Source: Eledone cirrhosa (lineage: Eukaryota). From it: a DNA stretch of 64,000 nt. The notes under the pieces are model-generated. The model searched no databases and had not been told where the DNA came from. It saw only the letters and a program-made list of their open reading frames with translations. Location of the stretch: contig OZ024758.1 of assembly GCA_964016885.1 (NCBI GenBank), positions 36,580,001 to 36,644,000 of the forward strand. Reading direction: 5' to 3'. The position numbers and the translations under genes were made by a program. Shown here piece after piece: positions 40,901-54,800 of this stretch (positions are counted from its first letter, which is position 1; the number at the start of each line of letters is the position of its first letter).

Positions 40901-43900
40901 GGTACTAGCTGTCAGAAGTAACTCCACTGTTGGTGAGAATTCATTTAAGTTCATGGTACTAGCTGTCAGAAGTAACCCCAATGTTAGTGAGAATTCATTT
41001 AAGTTCATGGTATTAGCTGTCAGAAGTCACTCCACTGTTGGTGAGAATTCATTTAAGTTCATGGTATTAGCTGTCAAAAGTAACTCCACTGTTGGTGAGA
41101 ATTCATTTAAGTTCATGGTATTAGCTGTCAGAAGTAACTCCACTGTTGGTGAGAATTCATTTAAGTTCATGGTATTAGTTGTCAGAAGTAACTCCACTGT
41201 TGGTGAGAATTCATTTAAGTTCATGGTACTAGCTGTCAGAAGTAACGCCACTGTTGGTGAGAATTCATTTAAGTTCATGGTATTAGCTGTCAGAAGTAAC
41301 TCCACTGTTGGTGAGAATTCATTTAAGTCATGGTATTAGCTGTCAGAAGTAACTCCATTGTTGGTGAGAATTCATTTAAGTCATGGTACTAGCTGTCAGA
41401 AGTAACTCCACTGTTGGTGAGAATTCATTTAAGTTCATGGTACTAGCTGTCAGAAGTAACTCCACTGTTGGTGAGAATTCATTTAAGTTCATGGTACTAG
41501 CTGTCAGAAGTAACTCCAATGTTGGTGAGAATTCATTTAAGTCATGGTACTAGCTGTCAGAAGTCACTCCACTGTTGGTGAGAATTCATTTAAGTTCATG
41601 GTATTAGCTGTCAGAAGGAACTCCACTGTTGGTGAGAATTCATTTAAATTCATGGTATTAGCTGTCAGAAGTAACTCCACTGTTGGTGAGAATTCATTTA
41701 AGTTCATGGTACTAGCTGTCAGAAGGAACTCCAATGTTGGTGAGAATTCATTTAAGTTCATGGTATTAGCTGTCAGAAGTAACTCCACTGTTGGTGAGAA
41801 TTCATTTAAGTTCATGGTATTAGCTGTCAGAAGTAACTCCACTGTTGGTGAGAATTCATTTAAGTTCATGGTACTAGCTGTCAGAAGTAACTCCACTGTT
41901 GGTGAGAATTCATTTAAGTTCATGGTACTAGCTGTCAGAAGTAACCCCAATGTTGGTGAGAATTCATTTAAGTTCATGGTATTAGCTGTCAGAAGTCACT
42001 CCACTGTTGGTGAGAATTCATTTAAGTTCATGGTATTAGCTGTCAGAAGTAACTCCACTGTTGGTGAGAATTCATTTAAGTTCATGGTATTAGCTGTCAG
42101 AAGTAACTCCACTGTTGGTGAGAATTCATTTAAGTTCATGGTATTAGCTGTCAGAAGTAACTCCACTGTTGGTGAGAATTCATTTAAGTTCATGGTACTA
42201 GCTGTCAGAAGTAACTCCACTGTTGGTGAGAATTCATTTAAGTTCATGGTATTAGCTGTCAGAAGTAACTCCACTGTTGGTGAGAATTCATTTAAGTCAT
42301 GGTATTAGCTGTCAGAAGTAACTCCATTGTTGGTGAGAATTCATTTAAGTCATGGTACTAGCTGTCAGAAGTAACTCTACTGTTGGTGAGAATTCATTTA
42401 AGTTCATAGTACTAGCTGTCAGAAGTAACTCCACTGTTGGTGAGAATTCATTTAAGTTCATGGTACTAGCTGTCAGAAGTAACTCCAATGTTGGTGAGAA
42501 TTCATTTAAATTCATGGTATTAGCTGTCAGAAGTAACTCCACTGTTGGTGAGAATTCATTTAAGTTCATGGTACTAGCTGTCAGAAGCAACTCCACTGTT
42601 GGTGAGAATTCATTTAAGTTCATGGTATTAGCTGTCAGAAGTAACTCCACTGTTGGTGAGAATTCATTTAAGTTCATGGTACTAGCTGTCAGAAGTAACC
42701 CCAATGTTGGTGAGAATTCATTTAAGTTCATGGTATTAGCTGTCAGAAGTCACTCCAATGTTGGTGAGAATTCATTTAAGTTCATGGTATTAGCTGTCAG
42801 ACGTCACTCCACTGTTGGTGAGAATTCATTTAAGTTCATGGTACAAGCTGTCAGAAGTAACCCCAATGTTGGTGAGAATTCATTTAAGTTCATGGTATTA
42901 GCTGTCAGAAGTTACTCCAATGTTGGTGAGAATTCATTTAAGTTCATGGTATTAGCTGTCAGAAGTAACTCCACTGTTGGTGAGAATTCATTTAAGTTCA
43001 TGGTATTAGCTGTCAGAAGTAACTCCACTGTTGGTGAGAATTCATTTAAGTTCATGGTATTAGCTGTCAGAAGGAACTCCAATGTTGGTGAGAATTCATT
43101 TAAGTCATGGTACTAGCTGTCAGAAGTAACTCCACTGTTGGTGAGAATTCATTTACGTCATGGTACTAGCTGTCAGAAGTAACTCCACTGTTGGTGAGAA
43201 TTCATTTAAGTTCATGGTATTAGCTGTCAGAAGGAACTCCACTGTTGGTGAGAATTCATTTATGTTCATGGTATTAGCTGTCAGAAGTAACTCCACTGTT
43301 GGTGAGAATTCATTTAAGTTCATGGTACTAGCTGTCAGAAGTAACTCCACTGTTGGTGAGAATTCATTTAAGTTCATGGTACTAGCTGTCAGAAGGAACT
43401 CCACTGTTGGTGAGAATTCATTTAAGTTCATGGTATTAGCTGTCAGAAGTAACTCCAATGTTGGTGAGAATTCATTTAAGTCATGGTACTAGCTGTCAGA
43501 AGTAACTCCACAGTTGGTGAGAATTCATTTAAGTTCATGGTATTAGCTGTCAGAAGGAACTCCACTGTTGGTGAAAATTCATTTAAGTTCATGGTATTAG
43601 CTGTCAGAAGTAACTCCAATGTTGGTGAGAATTCATTTAAGTTCATGGTATTAGCTGTCAGAAGTAACTCCACTGTTGGTGAGAATTCATTTAAGTTCAT
43701 GGTATTAGCTGTCAGAAGTAACTCCACTGTCGGTGAGAATTCATTTAAGTTCATGGTACTAGCTGTCAGAAGTAACTCCACTGTTGGTGAGAATTCATTT
43801 AAGTTCATGGTACTAGCTGTCAGAAGTAACCCCAATGTTAGTGAGAATTCATTTAAGTTCATGGTATTAGCTGTCAGAAGTCACTCCACTGTTGGTGAGA

Positions 43901-45850
43901 ATTCATTTAAGTTCATGGTACTAGCTGTCAGAAGTAACGCCACTGTTGGTGAGAATTCATTTAAGTTCATGGTATTAGCTGTCAGAAGTAAGTCCACTGT
44001 TGGTGAGAATTCATTTAAGTCATGGTATTAGCTGTCAGAAGTAACTCCATTGTTTTGTGAGAATTCATTTAAGTCATGGTACTAGCTGTCAGAAGTAACT
44101 CCACTGTTGGTGAGAATTCATTTAAGTTCATGGTACTAGCTGTCAGAAGTAACTCCACTGTTGGTGAGAATTCATTTAAGTTCATGGTACTAGCTGTCAG
44201 AAGTAACTCCAATGTTGGTGAGAATTCATTTAAGTCATGGTACTAGCTGTCAGAAGTCACTCCACTGTTGGTGAGAATTCATTTAAGTTCATGGTATTAG
44301 CTGTCAGAAGGAACTCCACTGTTGGTGAGAATTCATTTAAATTCATGGTATTAGCTGTCAGAAGTAACTCCACTGTTGGTGAGAATTCATTTAAGTTCAT
44401 GGTACTAGCTGTCAGAAGGAACTCCAATGTTGGTGAGAATTCATTTAAGTTCATGGTATTAGCTGTCAGAAGTAACTCCACTGTTGGTGAGAATTCATTT
44501 AAGTTCATGGTATTAGCTGTCAGAAGTAACTCCACTGTTGGTGAGAATTCATTTAAGTTCATGGTACTAGCTGTCAGAAGTAACTCCACTGTTGGTGAGA
44601 ATTCATTTAAGTTCATGGTACTAGCTGTCAGAATTAACCCCAATGTTGGTGAGAATTCATTTAAGTTCATGGTATTAGCTGTCAGAAGTCACTCCACTGT
44701 TGGTGAGAATTCATTTAAGTTCATGGTACTAGCTGTCAGAAGTAACGCCACTGTTGGTGAGAATTCATTTAAGTTCATGGTATTAGCTGTCAGAAGTAAG
44801 TCCACTGTTGGTGAGAATTCATTTAAGTCATGGTATTAGCTGTCAGAAGTAACTCCATTGTTTTGTGAGAATTCATTTAAGTCATGGTACTAGCTGTCAG
44901 AAGTAACTCCACTGTTGGTGAGAATTCATTTAAGTTCATGGTACTAGCTGTCAGAAGTAACTCCACTGTTGGTGAGAATTCATTTAAGTTCATGGTACTA
45001 GCTGTCAGAAGTAACTCCAATGTTTGTGAGAATTCATTTAAGTCATGGTACTAGCTGTCAGAAGTCACTCCACTGTTGGTGAGAATTCATTTAAGTTCAT
45101 GGTATTAGCTGTCAGAAGGAACTCCACTGTTGGTGAGAATTCATTTAAATTCATGGTATTAGCTGTCAGAAGTAACTCCACTGTTGGTGAGAATTCATTT
45201 AAGTTCATGGTACTAGCTGTCAGAAGGAACTCCAATGTTGGTGAGAATTCATTTAAGTTCATGGTATTAGCTGTCAGAAGTAACTCCACTGTTGGTGAGA
45301 ATTCATTTAAGTTCATGGTATTAGCTGTCAGAAGTAACTCCACTGTTGGTGAGAATTCATTTAAGTTCATGGTACTAGCTGTCAGAAGTAACTCCACTGT
45401 TGGTGAGAATTCATTTAAGTTCATGGTACTAGCTGTCAGAAGTAACCCCAATGTTGGTGAGAATTCATTTAAGTTCATGGTATTAGCTGTCAGAAGTCAC
45501 TCCACTGTTGGTGAGAATTCATTTAAGTTCATGGTATTAGCTGTCAGAAGTAACTCCACTGTTGGTGAGAATTCATTTAAGTTCATGGTATTAGCTGTCA
45601 GAAGTAACTCCACTGTTGGTGAGAATTCATTTAAGTTCATGGTACTAGCTGTCAGAAGTAACTCCACTGTTGGTGAGAATTCATTTAAGTTCATGGTATT
45701 AGCTGTCAGAAGTAACTCCACTGTTGGTGAGAATTCATTTAAGTCATGGTATTAGCTGTCAGAAGTAACTCCATTGTTGGTGAGAATTCATTTAAGTCAT
45801 GGTACTAGCTGTCAGAAGTAACTCCACTGTTGGTGAGAATTCATTTAAGT
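34058..45850. repeat. Block duplication ~34.06-39.28 kb vs ~40.63-45.85 kb, offset 6,571 bp (122 monomers)
   Basis: ORF starts 34973/41544, 35781/42352, 36589/43160, 36912/43483, 37666/44237 and 38474/45045. Shared variants AGAATTAACCCC and AATGTTTGTG. Confidence 0.9.
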
Positions 45851-48800
45851 TCATGGTACTAGCTGTCAGAAGTAACTCCAATGTTGGTGAGAATTCATTT
45901 AAATTCATGGTATTAGCTGTCAGAAGTAACTCCATTGTTGGTGAGAATTCATTTAAGTTCATGGTACTAGCTGTCAGAAGTAACTCCACTGTTGGTGAGA
46001 ATTCATTTAAGTTCATGGTACTAGCTGTCAGAAGTAACTCCAATGTTGGTGAGAATTCATTTAAATTCATGGTATTAGCTGTCAGAAGTAACTCCACTGT
46101 TGGTGAGAATTCATTTAAGTTCATGGTACTACCTGTCAGAAGCAACTCCACTGTTGGTGAGAATTCATTTAAGTTCATGGTATTAGCTGTCAGATGTAAC
46201 TCCACTGTTGGTGAGAATTCATTTAAGTTCATGGTACTAGCTGTCAGAAGTAACCCCAATGTTGGTGAGAATTCATTTAAGTTCATGGTATTAGCTGTCA
46301 GAAGTCACTCCAATGTTGGTGAGAATTCATTTAAGTTCATGGTATTAGCTGTCAGAAGTCACTCCACTGTTGGTGAGAATTCATTTAAGTTCATGGTACT
46401 AGCTGTCAGAAGTAACCCCAATGTTGGTGAGAATTCATTTAAGTTCATGGTATTAGCTGTCAGAAGTTACTCCAATGTTGGTGAGAATTCATTTAAGTTC
46501 ATGGTATTAGCTGTCAGAAGTAACTCCACTGTTGGTGAGAATTCATTTAAGTTCATGGTATTAGCTGTCAGAAGTAACTCCAATGTTGGTGAGAATTCAT
46601 TTAAGTTCATGTTATTAGCTGTCAGAAGGAACTCCAATGTTGGTGAGAATTCATTTAAGTCATGGTATTAGCTGTCAGAAGGAACGCCACTGTTGGTGAG
46701 AATTCATTTAAGTTCATGGTACTAGCTGTCAGAAGTAACTCCAATGTTGGTGAGAATTCATTTATGTTCATGGTATTAGCTGTCAGAAGTAACTCCACTG
46801 TTGGTGAGAATTCATTTAAGTTCATGGTACTAGCTGTCAGAAGTAACTCCACTGTTGGTGAGAATTCATTTAAGTCATGGTATTAGCTGTCAGAAGTAAC
46901 TCCATTGTTGGTGAGAATTCATTTAAGTCATGGTACTAGCTGTCAGAAGTAACTCCACTGTTGCTGAGAATTCATTTAAGTTCATGGTATTAGCTGTCAG
47001 AAGTAACTCCAATGTCGGTGAGAATTCATTTAAGTCATAGTACTAGCTGTCAGAAGTAACTCCACTGTTGGTGAGAATTCATTTAAGTTCATGGTATTAG
47101 CTGTCAGAAGGAACTCCACTGTTGGTGAGAATTCATTTAAATTCATGGTATTAGCTGTCAGAAGTAACTCCAATGTTGGTGAGAATTCATTTAAGTTCAT
47201 GGTATTAGCTGTCAGAAGTAACTCCACTGTTGGTGAGAATTCATTTAAGTTCATGGTATTAGCTGTCAGAAGTAACTCCACTGTTGGTGAGAATTCATTT
47301 TTCATGGTACTAGCTGTCAGAAGTAACTCCACTGTTGGTGAGAATTCATTTAAGTTCATGGTACTAGCTGTCAGAAGTAACCCCAATGTTAGTGAGAATT
47401 CATTTAAGTTCATGGTATTAGCTGTCAGAAGTCACTCCACTGTTGGTGAGAATTCATTTAAGTTCATGGTATTAGCTGTCAGAAGTAACTCCACTGTTGG
47501 TGAGAATTCATTTAAGTTCGTGGTATTAGCTGTCAGAAGTAACTCCACTGTTGGTGAGAATTCATTTAAGTTCATGGTATTAGCTGTCAGAAGTAACTCC
47601 ACTGTTGGTGAGAATTCATTTAAGTTCATGGTACTAGCTGTCAGAAGTAACGCCACTGTTGGTGAGAATTCATTTAAGTTCATGGTATTAGCTGTCAGAA
47701 GTAACTCCACTGTTGGTGAGAATTCATTTAAGTCATGGTATTAGCTGTCAGAAGTAACTCCATTGTTGGTGAGAATTCATTTAAATTCATGGTATTAGCT
47801 GTCAGAAGTAACTCCACTGTTGGTGAGAATTCATTTAAGTTCATGGTACTAGCTGTCAGAAGGAACTCCAATGTTGGTGAGAATTCATTTAAGTTCATGG
47901 TATTAGCTGTCGGAAGTAACTCCACTGTTGGTGAGAATTCATTTAAGTTCATGGTATTAGCTGTCAGAAGTAACTCCACTGTTGGTGAGAATTCATTTAA
48001 GTTCATGGTACTAGCTGTCAGAAGTAACTCCACTGTTGGTGAGAATTCATTTAAGTTCATGGTACTAGCTGTCAGAAGTAACCCCAATGTTGGTGAGAAT
48101 TCATTTAAGTTCATGGTATTAGCTGTCAGAAGTCACTCCACTGTTGGTGAAAATTCATTTAAGTTCATGGTATTAGCTGTCAGAAGTAACTCCACTGTTG
48201 GTGAGAATTCATTTAAGTTCATGGTATTAGCTGTCAGAAGTAACTCCACTGTTGGTGAGAATTCATTTAAGTTCATGGTATTAGCTGTCAGAAGTATCTC
48301 CACTGTTGGTGAGAATTCATTTAAGTTCATGGTACTAGCTGTCAGAAGTAACTCCACTGTTGGTGAGAATTCATTTAAGTTCATGGTATTAGCTGTCAGA
48401 AGTAACTCCACTGTTGGTGAGAATTCATTTAAGTCATGGTATTAGCTGTCAGAAGTAACTCCATTGTTGGTGAGAATTCATTTAAGTCATGGTACTAGCT
48501 GTCAGAAGTAACTCCACTGTTGGTGAGAATTCATTTAGGTTCATGGAACTAGCTGTCAGAAGAAACTCCACTGTTGGTGAGAATTCATTTAAGTTCATGG
48601 TACTAGCTGTCAGAAGTAACTCCAATGTTGGTGAGAATTCATTTAAATTCATGGTATTAGCTGTCAGAAGTAACTCCACTGTTGGTGAGAATTCATTTAA
48701 GTTCATGGTACTAGCTGTCAGAAGCAACTCCACTGTTGGTGAGAATTCATTTAAGTTCATGGTATTAGCTGTCAGAAGTCACTCCACTGTTGGTGAGAAT

Positions 48801-51800
48801 TCATTTAAGTTCATGGTATTAGCTGTCAGAAGTAACTCCACTGTTGGTGAGAATTCATTTAAGTTCATGGTATTAGCTGTCAGAAGTAACTCCACTGTTG
48901 GTGAGAATTCATTTAAGTTCATGGTATTAGCCGTCAGAAGTAACTCCACTGTTGGTGAGAATTCATTTAAGTTCATGGTACTAGCTGTCAGAAGTAACTC
49001 CACTGTTGGTGAGAATTCATTTAAGTTCATGGTATTAGCTGTCAGAAGTAACTCCACTGTTGGTGAGAATTCATTTAAGTCATGGTATTAGCTGTCAGAA
49101 GTAACTCCATTGTTGGTGAGAATTCATTTAAGTCATGGTACTAGCTGTCAGAGGTAACTCCACTGTCGGTGAGAATTCATTTAAGTTCATGGTACTAGCT
49201 GTCAGAAGTAACTCCACTGTTGGTGAGAATTCATTTAAGTTCATGGTACTAGCTGTCAGAAGTAACTCCACTGTTGGTGAGAATTCATTTAAGTCATGGT
49301 ATTAGCTGTCAGAAGTAACTCCATTGTTGGTGAGAATTCATTTAAGTCATGGTACTAGCTGTCAGAAGTAACTCCACTGTTGGTGAGAATTCATTTAAGT
49401 TCATGGTATTAGCTGTCAGAAGGAACTCCAGTGTTGGTGAGAATTCATTTATGTTCATGGTATTAGCTGTCAGAAGGAACTCCACTGTTGGTGAGAATTC
49501 ATTTAAGTTCATGGTATTAGCTGTCAGAAGTAACTCCAATGTTGGTGAGAATTCATTTAAGTTCATGGTATTAGCTGTCAGAAGTAACTCCACTGTTGGT
49601 GAGAATTCATTTAAGTTCATGGTATTAGCTGTCAGAAGTAACTCCACTGTTGGTGAGAATTCATTTAAGTTCATTGTACTAGCTGTCAGAAGTAACTCCA
49701 CTGTTGGTGAGAATTCATTTAAGTTCATGGTACTAGCTGTCAGAAGTCACTCCACTGTTGGTGAGAATTCATTTAAGTTCATGGTATTAGCTGTCAGAAG
49801 TAACTCCACTGTTGGTGAGAATTCATTTAAGTTCATGGTATTAGCTGTCAGAAGTAACTCCACTGTTGGTGAGAATTCATTTAAGTTCATGGTATTAGCT
49901 GTCAGAAGTAACTCCACTGTTGGTGAGAATTCATTTAAGTTCATGGTATTAGCTGTCAGAAGTCACTCCAATGTTGGTGGCAATTCATTTAAGTCATGGT
50001 ACTAGCTGTCAGAAGTAACTCCACTGTTGGTGAGAATTCATTTAAGTTCATTGTATTAGCTGTCAGAAGGAACGCCACTGTTGGTGAGAATTCATTTAAG
50101 TTCATGGTATTAGCTGTCAGAAGTAACTCCACTGTTGGTGAGAATTCATTTAAGTTCATGGTACTAGCTGTCAGAAGTAACTCCAATGTTGGTGAGAATT
50201 CATTTAAGTTCATGGTATTAGCTGTCAGAAGTCACTCCAATGTTGGTGAGAATTCATTTAAGTTCATGGTATTAGCTGTCAGAAGTCACTCCACTGTTGG
50301 TAAGAATTCATTTAAGTTCATGGTATTAGCTGTCAGAAGTAACTCCACTGTTGGTGAGAATTCATTTAAGTTCATGGTATTAGCTGTCAGAAGGAACGCC
50401 ACTGTTGGTGAGAATTCATTTAAGTTCATGGTATTAGCTGTCAGAAGTAACTCCACTGTTGGTGAGAATTCATTTAAGTTCATGGTACTAGCTGTCAGAA
50501 GTAACTCCACTGTTGGTGAGAATTCATTTAAGTTCATGGTATTAGCTGTCAGAAGTCACTCCAATGTTGGTGAGAATTCATTTAAGTTCATGGTATTAGC
50601 TGTCAGAAGTCACTCCACTGTTGGTGAGAATTCATTTAAGTTCATGGTACTAGCTGTCAGAAGTAACTCCACTGTTGGTGAGAATTCATTTAAGTTCATG
50701 GTACTAGCTGTCAGAAGTAACCCCAATGTTGGTGAGAATTCATTTAAGTTCATGGTATTAGCTGTCAGAAGTCACTCCACTGTTGGTGAAAATTCATTTA
50801 AGTTCATGGTATTAGCTGTCAGAAGTAACTCCACTGTTGGTGAGAATTCATTTAAGTTCATGGTATTAGCTGTCAGAAGTAACTCCACTGTTGGTGAGAA
50901 TTCATTTAAGTTCATGGTATTAGCTGTCAGAAGTATCTCCACTGTTGGTGAGAATTCATTTAAGTTCATGGTACTAGCTGTCAGAAGTAACTCCACTGTT
51001 GGTGAGAATTCATTTAAGTTCATGGTATTAGCTGTCAGAAGTAACTCCACTGTTGGTGAGAATTCATTTAAGTCATGGTATTAGCTGTCAGAAGTAACTC
51101 CATTGTTGGTGAGAATTCATTTAAGTCATGGTACTAGCTGTCAGAAGTAACTCCACTGTTGGTGAGAATTCATTTAGGTTCATGGAACTAGCTGTCAGAA
51201 GTAACTCCACTGTTGGTGAGAATTCATTTAAGTTCATGGTACTAGCTGTCAGAAGTAACTCCAATGTTGGTGAGAATTCATTTAAATTCATGGTATTAGC
51301 TGTCAGAAGTAACTCCACTGTTGGTGAGAATTCATTTAAGTTCATGGTACTAGCTGTCAGAAGCAACTCCACTGTTGGTGAGAATTCATTTAAGTTCATG
51401 GTATTAGCTGTCAGAAGTCACTCCACTGTTGGTGAGAATTCATTTAAGTTCATGGTATTAGCTGTCAGAAGTAACTCCACTGTTGGTGAGAATTCATTTA
51501 AGTTCATGGTATTAGCTGTCAGAAGTAACTCCACTGTTGGTGAGAATTCATTTAAGTTCATGGTATTAGCCGTCAGAAGTAACTCCACTGTTGGTGAGAA
51601 TTCATTTAAGTTCATGGTACTAGCTGTCAGAAGTAACTCCACTGTTGGTGAGAATTCATTTAAGTTCATGGTATTAGCTGTCAGAAGTAACTCCACTGTT
51701 GGTGAGAATTCATTTAAGTCATGGTATTAGCTGTCAGAAGTAACTCCATTGTTGGTGAGAATTCATTTAAGTCATGGTACTAGCTGTCAGAGGTAACTCC

Positions 51801-54800
51801 ACTGTCGGTGAGAATTCATTGAAGTTCATGGTACTAGCTGTCAGAAGTAACTCCACTGTTGGTGAGAATTCATTTAAGTTCATGGTACTAGCTGTCAGAA
51901 GTAACTCCACTGTTGGTGAGAATTCATTTAAGTCATGGTATTAGCTGTCAGAAGTAACTCCATTGTTGGTGAGAATTCATTTAAGTCATGGTACTAGCTG
52001 TCAGAAGTAACTCCACTGTTGGTGAGAATTCATTTAAGTTCATGGTATTAGCTGTCAGAAGGAACTCCAGTGTTGGTGAGAATTCATTTATGTTCATGGT
52101 ATTAGCTGTCAGAAGGAACTCCACTGTTGGTGAGAATTCATTTAAGTTCATGGTATTAGCTGTCAGAAGTAACTCCAATGTTGGTGAGAATTCATTGTTG
52201 GTGAGAATTCATTTAAGTTCATGGTATTAGCTGTCAGAAGTAACTCCACTGTTGGTGAGAATTCATTTAAGTTCATGGTATTAGCTGTCAGAAGTAACTC
52301 CACTGTTGGTGAGAATTCATTTAAGTTCATGGTACTAGCTGTCAGAAGTAACTCCACTGTTGGTGAGAATTCATTTAAGTTCATGGTACTAGCTGTCAGA
52401 AGTAACCCCAATGTTAGTGAGAATTCATTTAAGTTCATGGTATTAGCTGTCAGAAGTCACTCCACTGTTGGTGAGAATTCATTTAAGTTCATGGTATTAG
52501 CTGTCAAAAGTAACTCCACTGTTGGTGAGAATTCATTTAAGTTCATGGTATTAGCTGTCAGAAGTAACTCCACTGTTGGTGAGAATTCATTTAAGTTCAT
52601 GGTATTAGTTGTCAGAAGTAACTCCACTGTTGGTGAGAATTCATTTAAGTTCATGGTACTAGCTGTCAGAAGTAACGCCACTGTTGGTGAGAATTCATTT
52701 AAGTTCATGGTATTAGCTGTCAGAAGTAACTCCACTGTTGGTGAGAATTCATTTAAGTCATGGTATTAGCTGTCAGAAGTAACTCCATTGTTGGTGAGAA
52801 TTCATTTAAGTCATGGTACTAGCTGTCAGAAGTAACTCCACTGTTGGTGAGAATTCATTTAAGTTCATGGTACTAGCTGTCAGAAGTAACTCCACTGTTG
52901 GTGAGAATTCATTTAAGTTCATGGTACTAGCTGTCAGAAGTAACTCCAATGTTGGTGAGAATTCATTTAAGTCATGGTACTAGCTGTCAGAAGTCACTCC
53001 ACTGTTGGTGAGAATTCATTTAAGTTCATGGTATTAGCTGTCAGAAGGAACTCCACTGTTGGTGAGAATTCATTTAAATTCATGGTATTAGCTGTCAGAA
53101 GTAACTCCACTGTTGGTGAGAATTCATTTAAGTTCATGGTACTAGCTGTCAGAAGGAACTCCAATGTTGGTGAGAATTCATTTAAGTTCATGGTATTAGC
53201 TGTCAGAAGTAACTCCACTGTTGGTGAGAATTCATTTAAGTTCATGGTATTAGCTGTCAGAAGTAACTCCACTGTTGGTGAGAATTCATTTAAGTTCATG
53301 GTACTAGCTGTCAGAAGTAACTCCACTGTTGGTGAGAATTCATTTAAGTTCATGGTACTAGCTGTCAGAAGTAACCCCAATGTTGGTGAGAATTCATTTA
53401 AGTTCATGGTATTAGCTGTCAGAAGTCACTCCACTGTTGGTGAGAATTCATTTAAGTTCATGGTATTAGCTGTCAGAAGTAACTCCACTGTTGGTGAGAA
53501 TTCATTTAAGTTCATGGTATTAGCTGTCAGAAGTAACTCCACTGTTGGTGAGAATTCATTTAAGTTCATGGTATTAGCTGTAAGAAGTAACTCCACTGTT
53601 GGTGAGAATTCATTTAAGTTCATGGTACTAGCTGTCAGAAGTAACTCCACTGTTGGTGAGAATTCATTTAAGTTCATGGTATTAGCTGTCAGAAGTAACT
53701 CCACTGTTGGTGAGAATTCATTTAAGTCATGGTATTAGCTGTCAGAAGTAACTCCATTGTTGGTGAGAATTCATTTAAGTCATGGTACTAGCTGTCAGAA
53801 GTAACTCTACTGTTGGTGAGAATTCATTTAAGTTCATAGTACTAGCTGTCAGAAGTAACTCCACTGTTGGTGAGAATTCATTTAAGTTCATGGTACTAGC
53901 TGTCAGAAGTAACTCCAATGCTGGTGAGAATTCATTTAAATTCATGGTATTAGCTGTCAGAAGTAACTCCACTGTTGGTGAGAATTCATTTAAGTTCATG
54001 GTACTAGCTGTCAGAAGCAACTCCACTGTTGGTGAGAATTCATTTAAGTTCATGGTATTAGCTGTCAGAAGTAACTCCACTGTTGGTGAGAATTCATTTA
54101 AGTTCATGGTACTAGCTGTCAGAAGTAACCCCAATGTTGGTGAGAATTCATTTAAGTTCATGGTCTTAGCTGTCAGAAGTCACTCCAATGTTGGTGAGAA
54201 TTCATTTAAGTTCATGGTATTAGCTGTCAGACGTCACTCCACTGTTGGTGAGAATTCATTTAAGTTCATGGTACAAGCTGTCAGAAGTAACCCCAATGTT
54301 GGTGAGAATTCATTTAAGTTCATGGTATTAGCTGTCAGAAGTTACTCCAATGTTGGTGAGAATTCATTTAAGTTCATGGTATTAGCTGTCAGAAGTAACT
54401 CCACTGTTGGTGAGAATTCATTTAAGTTCATGGTATTAGCTGTCAGAAGTAACTCCACTGTTGGTGAGAATTCATTTAAGTTCATGGTATTAGCTGTCAG
54501 AAGGAACTCCAATGTTGGTGAGAATTCATTTAAGTCATGGTACTAGCTGTCAGACGTAACTCCACTGTTGGTGAGAATTCATTTACGTCATGGTACTAGC
54601 TGTCAGAAGTAACTCCACTGTTGGTGAGAATTCATTTAAGTTCATGGTATTAGCTGTCAGAAGGAACTCCACTGTTGGTGAGAATTCATTTATGTTCATG
54701 GTATTAGCTGTCAGAAGTAACTCCACTGTTGGTGAGAATTCATTTAAGTTCATGGTACTAGCTGTCAGAAGTAACTCCACTGTTGGTGAGAATTCATTTA

